Position numbers and translations under genes: made by a program. The notes below the pieces were generated by a model. The model worked only from the letters and a program-made list of their open reading frames with translations, ran no database searches and was not told where the DNA came from. A stretch of DNA of 64,000 bases from Heptranchias perlo (Eukaryota), in the NCBI RefSeq assembly GCF_035084215.1, contig NC_090361.1:6820001-6884000 (forward strand), read 5' to 3'. The number at the start of each line of letters is the position of its first letter. The first letter of the stretch is position 1. Below are positions 26,568 to 38,431 of this stretch, one piece after another.

Positions 26568-26995
26568 AACATAAGAATATAAGAAATAGGAGCAGGAGTA
26601 GGCCATGCGGCCCCTCGAGCCTGCTCCGCCATTCAATAAGATCTTCGACCTCAACTCCACTTTCCCGCCTCATCCCCACATCCCTTGATTCCCCTAGAAG
26701 TCAAAAATCTATCTATCTCAGCCTTGAATATACTCAACGACTGAGCATCCACAGCCCTCTGGGGTAGAGAATTCCAAAGATTCACAACCTCTGAGTGAAG
26801 AAATTCCTCCTCATCTCAGCCTTAAGTGGCCGACCCCTTATCCTGCGATTGTGCCCCCTAGTTCTAGACTCTCCAGCCAGGAGAAACAACCTCTCAGCAT
26901 CTCCCCTGTCAAGCCCCCTCAGAATCTTATATGTTTTAATGAGACCACCTCTCATTTTTCTAAACTCCAGAGAGTATGGGCCCAATCTACTCAAT
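26568..26995 (-). mobile_element. CR1 3' fragment (related copies at 3135..3490 and 58450..58870)
   Basis: YSLEFRKMRGGLIKTYKILRGLDR...RRNFFTQR; aacataagaa tail. Confidence 0.88.
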
Positions 26996-28409
26996 GAATT
27001 GAGTTTCTCTCTCCCAACTCTATCACTATACTTAAAGTCATCAACTGACAGTGGGTAATGCCATGGCAATTTACTAGTATTTACAGAACCCTTTGATATT
27101 CTTCCTTACGTATGCTGCAATCCTAATCTCATTAACTATTTTGATTCTACCGATTGATTTTTTTAATGCCTTTTATCCTGTCTTTAATCATACCTGTAGT
27201 TTTACACTTAAGGGATTGTTTTGCAAAGTTCCACTCCTGGTGAATACAGGTCAGAAAGTTGGGGCTCATTGACAGTGAGGCTCCTTGCTCGGACCAGAAC
27301 ATTGCAAGATCATTCCTTCAATGTAAGCCCCTTTTTTTTTGCATCCCTTATGCCCTGAATTACTTCTCTTGTTCCCACATTGGTTTCCAACCTCCTCTTA
27401 CTGTACTTTTTACCCTGATGGGATGTTTTGCAGTCCCTTCTTTGTGTCTCTGAGTTTTTTTCCATTTTTTCCCTACTGCTTCCTGCGATTCCTGTGCTCA
27501 GTGGGACAGATAAGGCTGTGCATTGGATTTCTTCTGCGGCTGCTGGGATTGTTCTCCTTAGAGCATAGAAGGTTAAGGGGAGATTTGATAGAGGTGTTCA
27601 AAATCATGAAGGGTTTTGATAAAGTCAATGAGAAACTGTTTCCAGTGGCTGAAGGGTCGGTAACCAGAGGACACAGGTTTAAGGTAATTGACAAAAGAAC
27701 CAGAGGTGCGATGAGGACAATTTTTTCTACGCAGCGAGTTGTTATGATCTGGAATGCGCTGCCTGAAAAGATTCAATAGTAGCTTTCAAAAGGAAATTAG
27801 ATAAATACTTGAAGGGGCTACGGGGAAAGGGCAGGGGAGTGGGACTAATTGGATAGCTCTTTCAAAGAGCCAGCACAGGCTCGATGGGATGAATGGCCTC
27901 CCTCTGTGCTGTATCATTCTATGATTCTATGATTGTATGACATAGCTGTACGTAAGGTAGGAGTTATGACTTAAAGGTTATGTCATCATTTGGCTAAATT
28001 TATCAGCTTTCGGGTCTATAGTTAGAAAATATGCAAAAATATACATGTATATCATTTGTAACTTTTGCCTGACAGGTGAGGTGTGACTTTTGGACCTTGG
28101 TGCATGTGCTGTTTACATGGGCTTTCTACATGTCTTGGCTGTCAAGTAGCGGAGGATAATGCCAAATGGGTTGAAGGCGGAGATAAAAGCTGGGGAGGCA
28201 GACAAGTCTCCGTGGATCTCCGAGTGCTCATGGTGCGAGAACCAGGGCTTCAAGGGTGCAGCAGATGGGACAAATGGCATCCAACTGGCATTGGTGCTCA
28301 TGTGCCCAGTGCCATCGGATCACCGAGAACATAGGAACAGGAGGAGGCCATTCAGCCCCTCGTGCCTGCTCCGCCATTTGATAAGATCATGGCTGATCTG
28401 TGTACAAAC

Positions 28410-29245
28410 ACATTAATAAACTTACAGCATGGACTTGTAATATAGATAAATGTGAGGTGGTGCATTATTCTAGGAAGAATAAGGAGGCCACATACTCCTT
28501 GGAAAATAAGAGGCTAAATGGGATAGAGGATCAAAGGGATCTGGGGGTACAGATATACAAATCACTAAAAGTAGTGACGCAGGATAATAAGGCCAAAAAA
28601 ATAGCAAACTGTGGTTCATTCCTAGAGGGATAGAATTGAAAAACAGAGAAGTTATGTTAAACTTGTATGGAACCTTGATTACACCACACTTGGAGTATTG
28701 TACGCAGTTCTGGACTCCACTTTATAAAAAGGATATAGAGGCACTGGAGAAGGTGCAAAAAAGATTTACAAGGATGATAATAGAACTGAGAGCTTATACT
28801 TATCAGGAAAGATTTAACAGTCTGGTGCTGTTCTCTCCAGAAAAGAAAAGGCTGAGGGGTGACCTGAGAAAGGTCTTTGAGATTATGAAAGGGTTTGATA
28901 GGGTAGACGTAGAGAAGATGTTTCCACTTGTGGGGGAGACTAAAACTAGGGGCCATAAATATAAGATAGTCACTAATAAATCCAATAGGGAATTCAGGAG
29001 AAAAATTAGAGAGTGGTTAAAATGTGGAACTCACTACCACAAGGAGTAGTTGAGGCGAATAGCATAGACACATTTAAGGGGAAGCTAGATAAACACACGA
29101 GGGAGAAAGGAATAGAAGGATATGCTGATAGGGTTAGATGAAGAGGTGATGGGAGGAGGCTCATGTGGAGCATAAACACCGGTATAGACCAGTTGGGCCG
29201 AATGGCCTGTTTCTGTGCTGTACATTCTGTGTAATTCTATGCAAT
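28410..29245 (+). mobile_element. CR1-type LINE fragment
   Basis: PHLEYCTQFWTPLYKKDIEALEKVQKRFTRMI; attctgtgtaattctatg tail. Confidence 0.9.
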
Positions 29246-31344
29246 GAATCAGGGCTGGCTGGCTCTCCACTAAGGGAAAACAAGGAAAAGCATCTGTAGT
29301 CGGCCACCTCCGGCCCCTGGAGCAGTTCCCAGCTGGAGGGGGTTACCACTCTCCCTACCCCTGGGTGCCAAGCCGAGGTGGGATGATGGGGAGAGAAAGG
29401 AGAGTCTCCCTACCTACATACTCCATCCGCCCGCTCATTTTTAGCAGGAAACACTCAATAAAATAAATATTTTTGGTACTTTTTTCCCAACGTCTAATTA
29501 GATTGGCTGCAAATTGTAACAAAAATATTGGATAGACAGCAATATTTTTGTATATACTGGTCGATCTCCCGTGGCATTGCCCACAGAAAGTCAAGAGCAA
29601 GTGCAGTCCTCAGGTGGAGCAGGGTTAGAGGGCAGGGGATAATTGGACCAGACGTAATTCAGACCCCATTTTAAAATCATACTTTCTGTCCTTATTTTTA
29701 TATTTCTATTACGAATTCCTATATGCACTGGCAGGAGGCTTTAATTAAAGCGTGGCAAGTTTACAGAGATAATTTCCATTATAAATGCGGACGTAGAAAT
29801 TTACAACAGAAAAAGTTGGCAGGAAATGCTCGCGGAAGTAACACCTTTTTAATTTGCGTGTACCCGTCGTTTCAGAGTGCCTCTTGTATCGCTTATAATG
29901 TAAAATATTTGGGACTGTCATGAAATGTTCGTATTATATGGTTGTCCGTCATTTGTGAGTTTCCGTAGTCTAATGGTATATGATACTATACCTGTATCAT
30001 AAACCATTGTATATGATACAGGTATAGAGATATTTAAAAACTGCTTGTACTTAAGCTTTTTAACTTTTAAGTTAATAGCTATTCTTTTTGCAGACAAAAT
30101 ACTACTCCTACCAACATCCTGAATCCAGTTCCAATAGTACAGGTTAAACAGCATTCTCATAGCTGCTGGATTGTGAAGGTGCATTTTGAGTTTGTTCGAT
30201 TAATTATATGCCACACTCATTATAAGGCTCTCAATTATAAGCTTATCTCCATCGGCTAACAAACTTTGCTACTTTTGCATTTTGGACTTCAAGTTTTGTT
30301 AATTGCAATTCAATATAGCATCCAGCTTGTTATCACATGCAAAATGCTCCCAATGACGATGTTCTGATGATTGCAGAGTGTACTTTACAGTTTATGAACA
30401 TTAATTGTAATAAAGAAAGGTAATACAATATTACTGAGACCATTTGTAAACCTAGTATTAAGTGTCATATATTTAATTACTCGCTTGGATGCTGTCTAAT
30501 TCCCCAAGCCAATAAAGAACCGCCTTCACTCCCTCTTGTACTCCACTCTTCTGCCTATTCTCTCTCAACATCCTTTCTCCTCATCCTCAATAGCATCCTT
30601 TCTCTCATTATTTGACTGTTTCCTTCCCATATAATTGTTCCCTGGATCAGGCCCTCCCTTAAGACATCCCTCAACCAAAAGTTTTTTTTGCCAGTCTATT
30701 TTAAGGAACATCTTAAAGGAGGAGAGAGAGGTTTAGGGAGGAAATTCCAGATCTTAGGGTCTAGATGGCTGAAGGCACAGCAGCCAATGTTGGGGTCAAA
30801 GGAAGTCAGGGATGTACAAGAGGCCAGAATTGGAGGAGCGCAGAGATCTCGGAGGGTTGTAGGGCTGGAGGAGGTTACAGAATTGGGAGGAGCGAGGCCA
30901 CGGAGGGTTTTGATAGCAAGGACGAGAATTTTAAATTTGAACAGTTTGCTGACTGGGGGCCAATGTAGATCAGGGAGCAAGGGGTGATGGTTGAACAAGA
31001 CTTCTTTGTAAACTCATCATGATGAATGGATTTGCAACTCTGCTGGATTGACTATAGAGTGGAAAGAGAGTCTCATCAGACGAGTGTAACTCCAACTATT
31101 TTTGTTTGTTTATTAGGTGGCATAATTACAGCCATCTCATTGTTGCTGTGAGCACAGAAAGGGGTGAAGAATTCTGTGCAGCACCAATGGACAACTCACA
31201 GATTTCCCACAGCCCACTGGCAGTGGTAATATGGCCTGTCGGCCATTTATAATGGTGCCTTCCAGATACATGTGACAGTCAGCAGTCCTGCTGCTCCGTG
31301 TTACTCTGGACCTTCATTCATGGTGCCATTTGATCAGAATTTAC

Positions 31345-32200
31345 ATAGAATTACACAGAAACAGGCCATTCGGCCCATCTGTTAATTGCATCCATACCAA
31401 TTAGTGTTAATTGTATTCAGGTGTTGTGTATCAATTGGGGATTATCTTGTATCCATTCATATCAGAGCTTATCTAGGGCGTGCACCGGTGGGCAATGTGG
31501 ATCTCTGTGAATAAAGGCTTGGAAGCAACTGGAGACCAGGCTCTAGTATTCTATCCTTCACCACCAGGCTATGCAATTTATGACATCATCTGGTCTGTGC
31601 CAGTGTTCATGCTCCACACAAGCCACCTCCCACCCTACTTCATCTCACCCTATCAGCATATCCTTCTATTCCTTTCTCCCTCATGTACTTATCTAGCTTC
31701 CCCTTAAATGCATCCACTCTATTCGTCTCAACTACTCCATGTGGTAGCAAGTTCTACATTCTAACCACTCATAGGGTAAAGAAGTTTCTCTTGAATTCCT
31801 TATTGGATTTATTAGTGACTATCATATATTTATGACCCTTAGTTTTGGACTCACCACAAGTGGAAACATCTTATCTACGTCTACCCCATCAAATTCCTTC
31901 GTAATTTCAAAGATCTCTATTAGGTCACCCCTCAGCCTCCTGTTTTCTAGAGAAAAGAGCCCCAGCCTGTTCAGTCTTTCCTGATAGTTATAATCTCTCA
32001 GAACTGGTATCATCCTTGCAAATCTTTTTTGCATCTCCTCCAGTGCTCGATATCCTTTTTGTAATATGGAGACCAGAACTGTACCCAGTACTCTGAATGT
32101 GGTCTAACCTGGGTTCCACACAAGTTTAACATAACCTCTCTGCTTTTCAATTCTACCCCTCTAGAAATGAACCCCAGTGCTTTTTCTGCATTTTTTATGG
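31345..32200 (-). mobile_element. CR1-type LINE fragment, same subfamily as 28410..29245, opposite orientation
   Basis: QFWSPYYKKDIE; QKRFARMIPVLRDYNYQERL. Confidence 0.88.
31380..31585 (+). mobile_element. Solo LTR inserted into a CR1 3' tail
   Basis: TG...CA ends; internal AATAAA near 31510; CCATC/TCATC flanking duplication; interrupts cggcccatc|tggtctgtgccagtg. Confidence 0.7.
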
Positions 32201-32317
32201 CAGCACTGAGCCTGTGACAGGCCTCCTGAAACAAGAAGGCTACCTTTACCTTATCAGAGCCCACTGATAAGATAGGGAAAAGTTTCAGTACAAAGGCCTG
32301 CTCATTTACATTGTAGT

Positions 32318-32705
32318 CATGATGTGGAGATGCCGGTGATGGACTGGGGTTGACAATTGTAAACAATTTTACAACACCAAGTTATAGTCCAGCAATTTTA
32401 TTTTAAATTCACAAGCTTTCGGAGGCTTCCTCCTTCGTCAGGTGAACGATGTGAGATGTCACACTTTAGTCAATTCACTGACTCACTGTGAGCAACACCG
32501 CGGGAAATCTGCTAGTAATAGATGAAAAGTTTTATGTACAACAGCATTTTCTGTAAGTGTCACACTTAACTTCTGTAACACTTTCCCTGTCATACTTTGA
32601 TGATAACACATCGTTCACCTGACGAAGGAGGAAGCCTCCGAAAGCTTGTGAATTTAAAATAAAATTGCTGGACTATAACTTGGTGTTGTAAAATTGTTTA
32701 CAATT
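32318..32705 (-). mobile_element. Non-autonomous Penelope-like insertion: inverted terminal repeats around a captured local segment
   Basis: Perfect 99-bp inverted arms at 32355..32453 and 32607..32705; an extra ~37-nt tail on the left arm only; 16-bp direct repeat ATTTACATTGTAGTCA at 32304..32319 and 32703..32718; hammerhead motif in each arm. Confidence 0.85.
32614..32652 (+). ncRNA. Minimal type I hammerhead ribozyme motif (mirror copy on the minus strand at 32408..32446)
   Basis: Stem I TTCAC/GTGAA, core CTGACGA, stem II GGAGG-aag-CCTCC, GAAA, palindromic AGCT stem III. Confidence 0.75.
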
Positions 32706-33405
32706 TACATTGTAGTCAGTGGAGTGCAATGCAAAATAGTTCAAATGGTCTATCTTGTAAAATTTGCAAGTTGCAAGGATACACCTGACATTTTTGCTAT
32801 TGCCTGTTCTGTGTACAGTTTTAATGCAGGTCAGGAAATTGCTACTGTTGATGCCACATCCTGCTCTGCATAACAAATAAAGTGCAATATTTCAGCAAAG
32901 TTCCAATATCACAGGTATGGTTATTTTTAAGTTGAAACACATGCACACACATATATCTATACAATATTTTGAAATTCTTGTATACAACTAGACTTCCAGT
33001 TTCTGGCACACTTACGTCCTGTCACACTTTAGCCATCACACTTCAGATGTCACACTTTAGTCAATTCACTGACTCACTGTGAGCAACACCGCGGGAAATC
33101 TGCTAGTAATAGATGAAAAGTTTTATGTACAACAGCATTTTCTGTAAGTGTCACACTTAACTTCTGTAACACTTTCCCTGTCATACTTTGATGATAACAC
33201 CCCTATCACGCTCTCCAACCCCATGGGAAATCTGCTACATGTGTGTTATATCTGCATTAGACTTGATGACTAAGATGTTTATTCCATTTGTGAAGAAGCC
33301 CTCTATAAGTTTTACATCAATAAATAAAGATTTTTTTTTATTACCTTTCAATTTTCTCTTCTCTCCTGAAAGTGCTGATTCATTCTGGTGTATGATTCCA
33401 CTGTC

Positions 33406-34825
33406 ATAAGAACATAGGAACAGGAGTAGGCCATATAGCCCCTCGAGTCTGTCCCATCATTCGGTTCGATTATGGCTGATCTGTAGCTCAACTCCACTTA
33501 TCTGCCTTTGCTCCATATCCCTTGATACCCTTACCCATCAAAAAATTATGAAATCTCCAATTGTCCTGGCATCCACAGCCTTTTGAGGGGATTAATTCCA
33601 CATTTCCACTGCCCTTTGTGTGAAAAAAATGCTTCCTGATTTCAATCCTGAATGGCCTAGTGTTAAGATTACATTCCCCTTGTTCTGAATTCCCCCACCA
33701 GAGGAAATCTCTCTCTTTGGCAGTCCCTCAGGGTTGAGGATGACTTGGTGGAAGATGCCTGTGTGATGGATTATTTTGAATGTGGGAGTGGTTGTTGCAC
33801 ACCAACCACCACACAGTCCCAGTGGAGCAAAGTCTTGGCCTAATAGCTGTAGGACAGGGACAGTGTAGCACTTCACTGGAGTACCAGCCTAGATTTTTGT
33901 GCTCAAGTCTCTGGAGTGGGACTTTGAACCCACTACCTTCTGCCTTGAGAAGGTTAGAGGCAAGGAGTGCTACCCACTGAGCCACGGCTGACACTACCAG
34001 AGGCAATAGATTCTCTGCATCCACCCTATCGAATCCCTTTCTCATTTTAAAGACCTTGTTTAGATCACCCCTCAAACTTCTAAACTCAAGGGAATATAAA
34101 CCAAGTTTATGCAACCAGTCCTCATAATTTAACCATTTAAGCCCTGGTATAATTCTCGTGGATCTGCGCTGCACCCCTTCCAAGGCCAATATATCCTTCC
34201 TGAGATTCCGTGTCCCAGCTGAACACAATACTCGGGTGGAGTCTGACCGAGGCTCCGTACAACTGAAGCATAACTTCCTCACTTTTGAATTCCAACCCCC
34301 TTGAGATAAAGGCCAACATCCCATTAGCCTTTTTGATTGCTTTTTGTACCTGTGTGATTTTTTTGGTGATTTGTGTACATGGACACCTAAATCCTTTTGT
34401 TTCTCCACAGCTGCTAATCTCTCACTATTAAGAAAATATTTTCCGATTTGTCTTTCTCACATCCAGAGTGGATGACCTCACACTTCCCCACATTGAACTC
34501 CATCTGCCATAGTTTTGCCCACTCACTTAGTCTGTCTATGTCCTTTGTAACTTCCTGCTCCCATCTACACAACTTACTGTGCCTCCTAAATTTGTGTCGT
34601 CTGCAAATTTGGATATACAACTCTCTATTCCTTAATGAAGTCATTAGTATATATGGTGAAAAGCTGAGGCCCCAGTACAGATCCCTGGGGAACACCACTT
34701 GTCACATCCCACCAAACAGAGAACCTTCCCTTTATCCCTGCTCTCTGTCTCCTACTTCCCAGCCAATTAATGACCCGTCTCACAAGGTTACCTACAATTC
34801 CATGCGCTCTAATTTTTGCTAATAA
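33406..34825 (-). mobile_element. 5'-truncated CR1-type LINE (RT C-terminus, frameshifted)
   Basis: Remnants WQMEFNVGKCEVIH, KDLGVHV, LEGVQRR, GLYSLEFRSLRGDL; cataagaacatagg tail. Confidence 0.9.
33709..33993 (-). mobile_element. Chimeric SINE (DeuSINE-type tRNA head, different body, RTE-like tail) nested in a CR1
   Basis: Flanked by ACCAGAGG(A/C)AAT at 33697..33708 and 33996..34007; 3' end caagtcatcctcaaccctgagggactgccaaagagagag. Confidence 0.65.
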
Positions 34826-36430
34826 TCTCCTGTGCCATCTAGTACCTCACCCAAATGATCATCGTCATGTATGAGCTTAGGCAATAAATGATGGCAGGTT
34901 TTCCAATCATGGATGGCCACATAGTTGAGCTCAATCCCTTCCTCACTTGATGTCAATACGTGAGCACTTCAGATATGGGAGGGGGTTCACTGGACAGTGA
35001 CCATGAGAGGACTGCTAATTGTTTCCTTTCCCCCTTCCTTGCCCAGGGGCACGCAGGCCGATAAAAGCAACTACACCAACACCCAACTTGACATCAGCTA
35101 ACTCAGCACAGGCCAGAGTTCAAACCTGGGATCTTCTCTTGATCTGTACGGCGCAGTTTGGCACTTTGCATTGAATTTAGAAACTGAGTCTCGAGGGGAA
35201 CTTGGCATATTATATTGATCAACTCCATGCGCCGTTTCCTCTAATTCACATACCAGCCATCCTTGTGACTTCTCTTGCCAGTTTGGCGAATATATGGTGA
35301 ATCTCGTTTCATACTGTAGATTCATGGCCATGAAGAATTGGGTTGAAATTGACAAAATACATTTAATTTAGCACCCAGCAGAGAAAGGAGACTTTCATCC
35401 CATTAACCTCACTATACCACCCAGCCCTACTTTTTCCTATCATTCCCAGAGTTACTACTGTGGCAGGTGACATGAGAGTGTGATATTTCTCCAATGCCTT
35501 CTCTGCTGGCCTCCTAAGTTCCAACTTGTTCAAAATTTAGCCACCCACACCCTACCACGCACAACTTCCTGTTCACCTTTGTCCTCACTGTCTTCCTGTC
35601 CTCCAATGCAATTAATTCATATCCTTGTCCTTGTTTACAAATCTGTCCATGGTCTCGCCCCATCCTACCTCTGCAACCTCCTCCAGCCCTACGTCCTAGG
35701 TAATGCCCATTAATCCTCTGCCCATGTCCTCCTGCGCAACCCCCCAACCCCCTGTTGCTGCTCCTTTAGTGGAAAATCGTTATTTATTATTAGCTATCTC
35801 AGTTCCACTCTCTGGAACTCCTTCCTAACCCTTCCACCTTGCTACTTCTCTCCCTTTAAAAGTCTCCTCAAGACCTACCTTTGGAACCATGCCTTTGGTC
35901 ACCTCTCCTAACTCTTGTATTATTGCTTGGTGTCTGCAATCTCCTATAAGGAGCACATTGGGAGGTTTTATTACATTAATGACTCTATAAAATGCTAGTT
36001 GTCATTGTTGATATTGTCCCTTTGGGAAAAAAGTGAGTTATTGCGTACTGTGCAATTTCTCCTTTTGCATCGGATACTTTGTATTTTTTATTAAAAAATC
36101 TGGATGCTGCCCAAATTTATAGCTTGCAAGCACAAAATGTTGGACCCTGGAACATCAGAAGTCTGCTTCCATTACAGGCCATCACAGTGTCATTTTGACA
36201 ATGCTTGGCACAGTGAAAAAATTTGCTGATGTTTTTCGTAAAATGAAAAGCTGTCAAGTGTGTGCCTGCGCATGTGTGCATGAATCTCAGTTGTGATGTC
36301 TTCCATAGTAAAATAGCTTGCTGAAAGAAAAATAACTTGCATTCATATGGTGCCTTTACAACCTCATGATGACCCCAAAGCACGTCACAGCCAATGAATT
36401 ACTTCTGAAGTGTAGTTACTGTTGTTATGT

Positions 36431-37320
36431 ACATAAGAACATAAGAAATAGGAGCAGGAGTAGGCTATACGGCCCCCCCGAGCCTGCTCCGCCATTCAAT
36501 CAGATCATGGCTGATCTTCGACCTCAACTCCACCTTCCCGCCCGATCCCCATATCCCTTGATTCCCTTAGAGGCCAAAAATCTATCCACCTCAGCCTTGA
36601 ATATATTCAATGACTCAGCATCCACAGCCCTCTGGGGTAGAGAATTCTAAAGATTCACAACCCTCTGCGTGAAGAAATTCCTCCTCATCTCAGTCTTAAA
36701 TGGCCGACCCCTTATCCTGCAATTATGCCCCCTAGTTCTAGACTCTCTAGCCAGGAGAAACAATCTCTCAGCATCTACCCTGCCAAGCCCCCTAATAATC
36801 TTATATGTTTCAATGAGATCGCCTCTCATTCTTCTAAACTCCAGAGTGTATAGGCCCATTCTACTCAACCTCTCTTCATAGGACAACCCTCTCATCCCAG
36901 GAATTAATCTAGTGAACCTTTGTTGCACCGCCTCCAAGGCAAGTTTATCCTTCCTTAGATAAGGAGACCAAAACTAAATCTCACTGAAGCCCTGTACAAT
37001 TGTAGTAAGACGTCCTTACTCTTGTACTCTAACCCCATTGCAATAAAGGCCAACATTGTATTTGCTATCCTAATTGCCTGCTGTACCTGCATACTAACTT
37101 TTTGTGTTTCTTGTACGAGGACACCCAAGTCTCTCTGAATACCAACATTTAATAGTTTCTCACCATTTAAACAATATTCCATTTTTCTATTTTTCCTGCC
37201 AAAGTGAATAACTTCACATTTCCCCACATTATACTCCATCTGCCATGTTCTTGCTCACTCACTTAATCTGTCTATAACCCTTTGCAGACTCTTTGTGTCC
37301 TCCTCACAGTTGCTTTGCTA
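36431..37320 (-). mobile_element. CR1-type LINE fragment splitting a DeuSINE (36330..36430 plus 37325..37570)
   Basis: MEYNVGKCEVIHFGRKN; QQRFTRLIPGMRGLSYEERL; the SINE continues on both sides. Confidence 0.9.
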
Positions 37321-37849
37321 CCATGTAGGCAAACATGGCAGCCAATTTGCTCACAGCAATTTCCCACAAACAGCAATGTGATAGTGACCAATTAATCTGT
37401 TTTGGTGGTGTTGGTTGAGGGATTAGCTCCCCTTGCTTTTCTTCGAATAGCGCTATGGGATCTGTTTCGTCCACCTGAACAGGCAAACCTGGCTTAACCT
37501 CTCACCCGAAAGACGCCACCTCTATCACAATGCGGCACTCCCTCAGTACTGCCCTGGAGTGGCAGCCTGGCGTTCGCAGGTACCATTTACTGTCCAGGCT
37601 GACACTTGAAGAATGCAGAGGTAGCGGGATGGTGGCCAGCGCCCATGGAATTGTACCCCAACATGAATCAGTACCTTTAGGAAAATTGTTCTTTTAAAAT
37701 GCAATGCTGGAAAATGTAGAAAAATTACTTTGGTGGGTTTTCCAGCATGTTTTTACATTGCTACGGTGCAAAATATATTTTGATGTGCATTTTGCTTTCA
37801 TATTTTCTGCAAATCATAGCATTGCAAGTTAAAAAAAAACCCTCTGTGA

Positions 37850-38250
37850 CTCGGTGTGATTGACAGGTGCGGCGACCATTCAGGTGCGAAGGGCATGGGA
37901 AGGAGGCGGAGACTCCCCTCCTGCCACCGTCTGAACATGTGGTCGTCACCCATTGGCCAGAGCCCGTCGCCATGACGTTTCGCCCAGCCAATAACCTTCA
38001 GCCATCTGGGCAGCTGCGCAACCTAGCGTGCTGGCGGAGGCGGCGTTGGAGTGACGGCGGCCCCGACCAATGGCGGAAGGGGAAATCACCCGCAGTGCGA
38101 GACGCGGCCAATCGGGGCGGCTGGCGCGGGGGGGGCGGGACTGACGGGCGCAAGTTTGGCTGACGCGGGCTGTATAAAGCCTCAGCGGGAGCCGCTTCAG
38201 TCCTGCTGGTCTCATTTGTGTCAAGCGTGCCTCAGTCGGTGTATTTTTTT
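37850..38250 (+). promoter_or_regulatory. CALR CpG-rich promoter with ERSE-like elements, CCAAT boxes, GC boxes and TATA
   Basis: Minus-strand CCAAT-gggtgacga-CCACA at 37938..37956; plus-strand CCAAT-aaccttcag-CCATC at 37988..38006; further CCAAT at 38067 and 38108; GGGGCGG boxes; several TGACG; TATAAA at 38173..38178. Confidence 0.88.
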
Positions 38251-38343
38251 CCCCCATACAATTAAACCAGAGAAAAAAAAAAGTAGACCGAATAAAGTCA
38301 ATTTGTAAAAGGGAGGAAAAAAAAAATCAACCCAAGGAAAAAG

Positions 38344-38431
38344 ATGAAAACTAGGTTGCTGCTTTGCCTGCTAGTTGCTTTGGCAGCTGCAGATCCAACA
38401 GTTCATTTTAAGGAGGAATTTCCTGATGGAG
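38344..38431 (+). CDS. CALR: Calreticulin coding exon 1 (signal peptide)
   Basis: aagATG; MKTRLLLCLLVALAAADPTVHFKEEFPDG, then G|gtgagt; 88 nt. Confidence 0.95.

Noticed and set aside
28070-28330. Exon-like unique sequence with short ORFs between FARSA and CALR
   Set aside because: No recognisable homology and no consistent splice/frame structure; cannot be supported without transcript data.
33728-34408. Longest ORF (226 aa) as a novel gene
   Set aside because: Chance fusion of frameshifted CR1 RT remnants and an inserted SINE.
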